Source of the DNA: Tubiluchus corallicola
Taxonomy: Eukaryota; Animalia; Priapulida
Assembly (NCBI GenBank): GCA_030141605.1
Contig: JAQGDQ010000209.1
Location: 124,001 to 188,000, forward strand
Direction of reading: 5' to 3'
Length of the DNA stretch: 64,000 nt
Below are positions 56,246-64,000 of the stretch, in pieces; position 1 is the first letter of the stretch, and every line of letters begins with the position of its first letter. The translations under genes and the position numbers were made by a program. The notes under the pieces are model-generated. The model had not been told where the DNA came from. It searched no databases and saw only the letters and a program-made list of their open reading frames with translations.

Positions 56246-57831
56246 TATGCAACAGATTCAAACTGCCATTTTATGCAAATTACATAACAAAACCTTTTCT
56301 AAAAACTTACACCTTTATTTCAGAGTTTCTTCCATATAAAACAGTCGTTAAAAACGTACAAAATAAAAGACGGCATTATACAAAAATAGTACAATACTAT
56401 GTACAACACATACAATCACCGATCACCCCCTCCTGCATTCACATTTGCATAATATACAATAAAACATCAGTAATTTGAAAATAATACTAATACAAAGTGG
56501 ATACTTTAGTAAATAAATAAATTAGTTGTTTCAAGTTTAATAGAAAAACAAGACAAATAAAAGTCATCTTCTAAGAGTTTCAAGCCTTTAATTGAATGGA
56601 AGGGATTTCGAAATGTAACTTTTTAACGCCGTGTTCAGCTCTCGCAAGAAAGCAAAATGTTTTATCACTGTAGTATCACTCAGCCAACGTAATTTACTGT
56701 TGTCTGTTTGCGTGTTACTGATGACAAATGCACTAGGTATAGTTACGTAGCAATCCGTTATGTTGTACAGTTTTATAATGCTCAGCCTAATGATGCGGGC
56801 CCGTGAGCTGCAGCATCACACATCGTTAGCTAGTATTACTGACGCTGTTTATTACTTCAGATGCATCGCCAGACCCCCCCCCCCACACACACACACACAC
56901 TGTAGCACGCTTGGAAATTCTATACCATGCCAAGTATAACCCAGCTGCTGTCTCTGACCCCATCCAAGAAGAAAACCAGTTTGCCTGAGAGTCACTATTC
57001 TAGAGAGCGATAATCCTGAAATGTTAGGTTTTAACTGCTACTATAGCTACATATATCGCTAGTTTATTAATTATTAAAGTGAGTGTTGTTTGGCATTTGC
57101 TAGTAGTGTTCTGTTGCTACATTAGAAATCGTGTTTTGTGAGGCGCAATAGGTAAGGTAAACGTTAGATCGAATATTATTACTGAACAATATCCAGCTGC
57201 ACCTACGCTGGGAATATTGATAATTGTACGAAATTAAAAGCTGCTCCTTAATAAGGAAAATGAAGCATAGACCTCAATAATATAACAATAATAATAATAT
57301 TCTTTGTTGCAATTAATGTACACAAACTGTACTGTACAAAATGCATATAAAATGTGTGTTTGTATGAATAGAGTTGTGTGGCACATGTAGCATCTGTTGC
57401 TTTTGTGTGTGTGTGCTTTCAAGATCTAGACTGCAACATATTTAGCGTAGCTTTTTAATTAAATGTTCCTCTGCGTGATGTTCTCACATTTTTGTAAACA
57501 TTTTTGTGTTTGTTCATAAAAACATTTCTAACGACGCATGGTTAAAGTCAATTTTGAAATTGGAAGAGTGCATCTGGTTTTTTTCTACGCTAAAGTACCA
57601 CACTATAATCGAGTTTAACTTTTAACCGTTCTCTGAATTTTACTGTAAATATGCAACTGCTCTAATCGACTGGTCAGGCAGGCACTAGGCGAAACGACAG
57701 CACAATTATATAATTATCTGATTGTTTGTTTAGTTGATATTTAATAAAGCTCATACCATGACATTTCAGATGGTCGAACGATGCAGATTTTATCTAGGTT
57801 TTCATTTTGCATTTTAGCATTTCCACAAAAT

Positions 57832-57984
57832 ATGGATCGCAACCACAAGGCAGCCATTCTCATCGTGTTCTTTATTCTTGGTGCTGTAGCCTTCATGATG
57901 TACGTGCCAGAAATAACAGCCCTATTGTCTCGCCGTGCAAATGAAGAGGAGATTGCCAGGTCCAGAAATCTGGAGAGCGACTGA
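57832..57984 (+). CDS. Candidate 50-aa microprotein with signal peptide/signal anchor (MDRNHKAAILIVFFILGAVAFMMYVPEITALLSRRANEEEIARSRNLESD)
   Basis: Strong acceptor ttttcattttgcattttag just upstream (ends 57817); good initiation context AATATGG; charged N-terminus, ~18-residue hydrophobic stretch, charged C-terminus; GC content above flanks. Confidence 0.45.
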   Translation: MDRNHKAAILIVFFILGAVAFMMYVPEITALLSRRANEEEIARSRNLESD

Positions 57985-58282
57985 ATATGGTAACAGTCGT
58001 GACATGTTTATACTCACAGTGAGTAGTCAGTCGCTGATGACCTGCCATGTTTTGGACTTGAAAATGGCGCATCCCTGTTTTGGTTATAGACTGATGCTAT
58101 TCCGATTATTGATCACTGCTTACGTAAGTGACTTGTGAATTTGATATATCTGGTAATTTCATAGCAAATTTAAAATGTTCAGTAACGCACTGCAATTACT
58201 TTCGTTTTTCATTAGTTTTTACTTAAAACCTAAAAGAGTACTACACCCTGTGTTTATTTTTTTGAAAAAATGTAGAGCTCGC

Positions 58283-58482
58283 TTAAGTGGCTTTTACCTA
58301 GCATCCGGAATGCGTATACATTATGCGTTATCCACCTGCGGAATAAAAAATCAATAGGAAATATGTGCAGAAAAAATAATGCCTAACGCAGGCTGATAAA
58401 CCGGTTCGTTGAAGACAATATAAACGGATTTAATCTATTCCGCACTCCCCCCCCCCCATGACACTAGGTAAATGCTACTTTA
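58283..58482. mobile_element. Palindromic MITE family A copy 3 (opposite internal orientation)
   Basis: TTAAGTGGCTTTTACCTAGCATCCGGAATGCG ... CTAGGTAAATGCTACTTTA; contains aaaaatcaatagg, the reverse complement of the motif in the other copies. Confidence 0.85.
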
Positions 58483-58647
58483 GTCTACCACGGAATTCGA
58501 CGTTCAGTGTATAAGACAGTACCGACTTTATTTTATGGTAAACATGTACACAATCGCAAATTTTTCATAAGCATATGTTTCATAGAAAATACTTTAAGTA
58601 GTGTACATAGATTTGCGAAGTATGAATGTATAAATGCGAGAATGTTA

Positions 58648-58834
58648 ATTTACACGGAATGCGTATGCGTTACCGGAGTGCGGAGTAGATAAAAACTGTT
58701 TACATTGTTACCAATGCATCCGTTTGCCAGACCTGCATTGTGCGTTATTTTTTCTGCAGCTATTTCCTATTGATTTTTAGTCCGCAGGTGGATAATGCAT
58801 AGCGCATTGCATATGCCAGGTAAACGCCTCTTAA
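58648..58834. mobile_element. Palindromic MITE family A copy 4 (left end eroded)
   Basis: cggaatgcgtatgcg...tgcgttattttttctgcagctatttcctattgatttttagtccgcaggtggataatgcat...ccaggtaaacgcctcttaa. Confidence 0.85.
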
Positions 58835-60299
58835 ATCCCCATTTTCTTTCGTGCTACTGTTTGCTTATTTTCACTGTGCACCGGTTTTCATAGCTCTAAA
58901 CGATTTTCTAATTTTCTTGCAGAAACACTCCTCCGGCTGTCTTAATGAAACACAGTGGCAAGGAGTTGTAATAGAATATGCCAGTCACTGACAAAGAACA
59001 CTAGACCTATAGTATCCATCACAGCTCGAGTTAATAAGCTGGCCAAAAAAATAAAATTTCCTCAAAAGAACTTTAAACTGTGACAAGCAGTTACTGCAGT
59101 AATTACTGCCTACGTGTATATTGAACGAATGATATGGCCAAGTGTGTATCAGACCTGGAAACAAATTTATTGAAAACTTGGAAATCGTAAAAGCGGAGAT
59201 TTCGATATACAGGCTTATGCCTGCCTATTATGTGCAGGTAAATTAATAAAATATAATTCAATCGCACGAATAATGATTTTAAAATCTGACATACGTGTCA
59301 TAGCTAAGCCTTGTTATTTTCTGAGCAGCTTGTCAGTCTTCATTTTTTAGCAAGTAATACCGAAGAATTAGGTTTAGGTAAAGCGAGAGCCTGGCGATTT
59401 GCATAGGTTTACTGACTGACGTAATACTCATATTTATGAAGGTGCCATGGCCTTTTCTTGCCATAACGTATGCTCACATTTACCTGACAAATAAAAGGGT
59501 CGAAGATCTATTTACACATTTAACGGATGTGCAATGAGTGTTCTTTCTTTGTAAACTTATCTGTCAATTGATAAATACGAACATGAAACTTTCGTAGTCT
59601 GTCCAGTAAATCTGATTATGAAAAATCAATTCATGTATCATAAAATGTGCGAGAATTTGGTGATTTCATCTACTTGCTCATTGCTGAAAAGCCTTGCAGC
59701 TAAAACATGTCTATTCCAGGTGATCAGTTGCTCATCTTAGTTTGTACTGTTCGTTATAGAAGCCACAGCAACACAATGCAGTACGTGACAGAATAATCTA
59801 GTTAATAATAACGCTCTTCGCATGTTGTTGATTCATGTTGTTGTTCATCACTTATATGAGTCTGCGTAAGTGATAGCTCATGCAGTTTCCATAAAGGTAT
59901 GTGGGTGGTATAGTAATGGATCAGTAACCGTTTCTTCCCGTTTTCTGATGTCATGATTGCGCTTGACAATTTAATGTCGTGGTGCATTAACGTGCTATAA
60001 TACACAGATGGTAATAATCTAAACGATTTTACGAAAAGCAGTATCAAATCTGGCTGCATTTTTTCGTTTTCTCTGCATTTCTTTAATGCGTCGTGATATG
60101 ACAGAATATTTGCTCACTTAAAACTGTTTCTCTGCGGCAAGAATTAGTTATCAAGAAACCTTGACTTTTAAGTTAGTTTATTTCTGTATGTGCTTAAAAT
60201 CTGTAACTTCTGCGGATCTAGTTTGAAGTTTAACCGACAGATGGCAGCACATTCTTTCGAATTCAGTCTGCTAACTGTGTTAGTGCAAATAGTATAAGA

Positions 60300-61448
60300 T
60301 CATACAGAGACACTGAAACGTTCTACGAGCACAGACTAGTAATTGCAAAGTTCAATGTTGGCAGCCCTGGCAAAGGACAACATATCTTGGCAATTTCAGT
60401 GTGACAAATTAAAAATCAAGATATTGAAATTAAATATTTAGAGAAAGTTCCAGCATCATTTCAAAGAAATTGCATAAGCCAGTGTACAAGAACAATGGGA
60501 TAACATTGTTAATACATGCACACATGGATCAAAGGAAGTTTTGGGTTACTCTACAAATAACAAAGAAAATCTTTTGCAATGAACAAGCTGACAAATTATC
60601 AGCTGAACACAAGGAAATTAGGTTGAAGCACGGTGCAGCTAAAGACAAGTCAGAAGCTAAAAGAATTTAGAGATGTGCTTAAAGAAGAAAAATTATTAGA
60701 AGATATTGCAAAAATTGAAAACAGCAAAAATGACTCTAGTAAGATGTACAAAGGAGTCTGGGAAAATCAATAGAAGTAAACCAAAAGGCAGGATATCAAT
60801 TGAAATTGATGATGAACTAGAAGCATCAGAAATTATAACTACGTTTTTTAAAGATCTTACAACAATAATAATGCAAAAAACATTCCTGATTTAACAAACA
60901 GCAATGGAGTCACGTTTTGTTCCCGAAATCTTTTAAAGAATGAAAAAAGTCCAGATATAAATAATCTGGTAGCAAAACAGCTAAAACGAAAATACTAGCA
61001 GAAAAAGCAATCACATCCTGTTCTTGTCGCATCACGGCTTGTTACTTGATATGAGCAAGTCATTTGATATTGCAGAGAAAGGAATTCTCTTCGACGACCT
61101 ACAAACTGTATTACAACCAGATCAAATGCTCATTATTACAATTCTACTAAAGGATGTTAAACTTACTGTAAAAGTTAGGAACACCTTAAGAAAAACTTTT
61201 AATACGAATACCGGGGTCCCCCAGGGGACTATCTTAGCCCAGTACTTTCAAACTCTACCTGGAAAACGCACTTGAGATCCAAACTCCTCCAAATGACGAT
61301 CATGATTACAACAACTTCAACCAAATCTATCTTTAGGAGTAGAAGAACTTACGCGGTTAGCTGCAGATAGGAGTGGGTGGAAATCTCTAATAAATGCTAG
61401 TGCCTCAAAGTCTGCAATAGATAGAATGAGACATTGAAGAAGAAGAAG
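60300..61448 (+). mobile_element. Internally deleted RTE-clade LINE remnant (same family as 32230-32841)
   Basis: LLLDMSKSFD and FNTNTGVPQG RT motifs; last ~135 bp align with 32708-32841 and end in (GAA)n. Confidence 0.85.
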
Positions 61449-64000
61449 GAGACCAGTAGCAGTCTTTTCTGATTTTTAATAGATTAAAAAGTAATTGTTT
61501 TCATTTATAAAAATGTTATACATATTTTTTATGTCTAACTTTCTTGCTTTGCCCAGATTAAAAGATATAGACGTACTCGAAGGGTGATACGGAAGTATGT
61601 TTTTATCATGGACACACCGTATATTTTATTGGAGAAATGCAGAGAAAAACTCACTGAAAATGATTTGTGAGGTAGTGAGTGCTTCAGCTTGTGATGCTGT
61701 AAATATTAATTGAAATTACACGGGAAAGAGAAAAAACTCAGTCCATTGTAGTCACACCAAGTTTAATAAATTCAAAGCATAAACTCGATAAGCAAACTTT
61801 ATTATACTCATATATATCACGTAGTTCGTCTTTTTGAACATCTTTACCGAACAGAGAAACAAGCAAAAATGAACAATTATACGTGACGTGTTGTCAGCAC
61901 TTACCCCGTTTTGTTCTCCCTCTCTTCCTTTTACTTTTAAGTAGCACAGGCAAACTTTCTCATTGCACTGTTTTTCTTTTATGTAGGCTATACGCTTGAA
62001 TAAACTAATGTATTTTAATAAGATTATTCAAATCAAAGATATGAAAGATGCTTTAATAAAATTCTATTTGTCACAGCTGAAAAATCCTGATAAATCGGTC
62101 ACGTCGGTCAGTCAAACTGGTCATTAATTATTATCCGCAGATGTATTCTGCTTACATATAATGACAGGAATCATAATTTAAGGAAACAAATTTATCTTTT
62201 TTATTTATATTATCCGTCCCATTTATTTTTCCTATCATTTGTATTCGTATTGTTGTTTATTATTTTGTGTGTGCTTTCTGTTTAGAAACCATGGTTGTTT
62301 ATATTAAGTGTTTTATATTGTGTTGTGACATTTTTCACTGTTTTTATACTTGATTAAGTAGAAGGGCTTTGATCTTGTAGGTTAATAACTCAAACATTAA
62401 TATTAATGAGTGTGTTAATATCAACAAAACTGTTAATAAATTTATGATATTGTTAATACTCTTATTATTAAAAATGCTGTCAGACGTGTGTATTTATATT
62501 TATCTCGTAAAATACTCTGGGCACAGCTTTTTATTTTTGTATTTTAGCTGACAATTATATTTTTATAGATCGTCCAACATAAGTCATTTTATTTTGTATT
62601 TGCGTGTAAACCGTTTCATTTGTTACTCTTATTAAAGTCACAGATGTGGTTGTTGTCATTGTCGTGTTGTTGCTGCCTCCTCAATGTGCAGAACTGCCAA
62701 TTGTTCTGGCCAACTGTAAAGAAGCCCAAAATGTCATTAGAGTCAAAATGAGTTTCTATGGTCCATTCATACAGCTACTACTGAAGGCGGAAGTTTCCTT
62801 TAATGACCTCGAAGGTCAAAAAAACTACCAAATTACCTATTTTCTGCAACTGTAAGGGTCGAATGATCCCTCAGTTTAGTGGAATTTCCCACCAAAACTA
62901 TTCGAATTATATGTTACTGAGCTCATTATTTACAGGAAAGATCAATTTTCACTGCCCGTCTCAACCGCAAAATGCTAAAGAGTTTTAATCACAAAATTTT
63001 GCTTTGCCTTCTTGAGAGATTCGACGTGATGCACTACAAAGGAGCTTTGCAAACGCCAACAACAATTTTAACTTTGTGTAGACCCGCGTCTTAAGACTCT
63101 CGCAAAAATTCTTGTTTGAGATTAGAAGATTGTTATTACAGTAGTACGATATATTTTGCTCAGTGCGTGCTTTTTGTGCAATTTATAGTTAAATGATATT
63201 ATAATTTATTGTAGGTTGTGTTTTGTAATTGCTTCTTTCTTGTCGCTTTAAACGTCTGTGACCAATTGTCATCACAGATTTTTGTAATAAAAATTTGATT
63301 TTATTCAGGAAATCGTTTTCGTTTTGAATAGTTTATGCAGAAGAGATATATATATATATATAGGCCTTCATTAGAAACCGATCCATCGAGTCAGTACCCT
63401 AGCAGTCCGAAGGTAGTCTGCGTAGCAAAATATTTTTGCTTATTTCAGTTAATTAGCGATATAATTTTTTGACAGATTCTGCATCAGTACTTGGCTAGAT
63501 TACCGAACCAGTGCGCCTGTCCTTGATATGTGTTCGCTGGCTGATTTTAACAATTTGCATGTAATAAAAGAACAAAAGGTCAAAATGTCTTTTAAATCAA
63601 AACTAATTTTTATATTTCACCAGAGCTTTCGTTCATCACAGTCTTCATAAGCTAGAATCAAATTGATGTAGCATCTTGATTATTTTTGTGATTTAAAGAG
63701 CATTTTGCCGCCTTTTGTTTTTTTACGACAGTGAAAGTCTCAGAAAAAGCATTTTATTTTTAACTTATTTGTACGTAACTTCACAACGTGAAACAAACAA
63801 AGTCACGTTACCCATAACCGTCTACGAACGTCAAAAAGTTTCACCCAGAGTACGTTAAGATAAATTGTATCTAATAATAGTATTACAAGAATCTAGCTGT
63901 CCCTTTTCGAATTTATTTCAATGAGAAAAAAGATAAAAACTAATGAACAGAAAGTAAAGAAGCAATAGATATAAATATTTTCAAGCAAAAAGTATAAGAA

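Overview
AT-rich, gene-poor eukaryotic (most likely invertebrate animal) genomic DNA with many microsatellites and decayed transposable elements. No prokaryotic operon, rRNA or CRISPR array is visible, and most ORF-track entries are microsatellite or chance ORFs. The one confident protein-coding gene is an uninterrupted ~347-aa heparan sulfate glucosamine 3-O-sulfotransferase (HS3ST)-like ORF (43749-44792, +). It keeps the PAPS-binding motifs but has replaced several residues that canonical HS3ST needs for acceptor binding and catalysis. A candidate 50-aa membrane/secreted microprotein lies behind a good splice acceptor (57832-57984, +). The mobile DNA includes: two copies of one RTE-like LINE; CR1/L2-type RT, endonuclease and zinc-finger remnants; a tRNA-derived SINE; a free-standing tRNA-like sequence; a 1-kb hAT-type element with a perfect 8-bp TSD; and several MITE families. 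One short family (3 copies) carries degenerate telomeric TTAGGG arrays between 13-bp subterminal inverted repeats, and a ~200-bp palindromic MITE occurs 4 times. All calls come from reading the sequence by eye, so element boundaries are approximate and family names need database confirmation.
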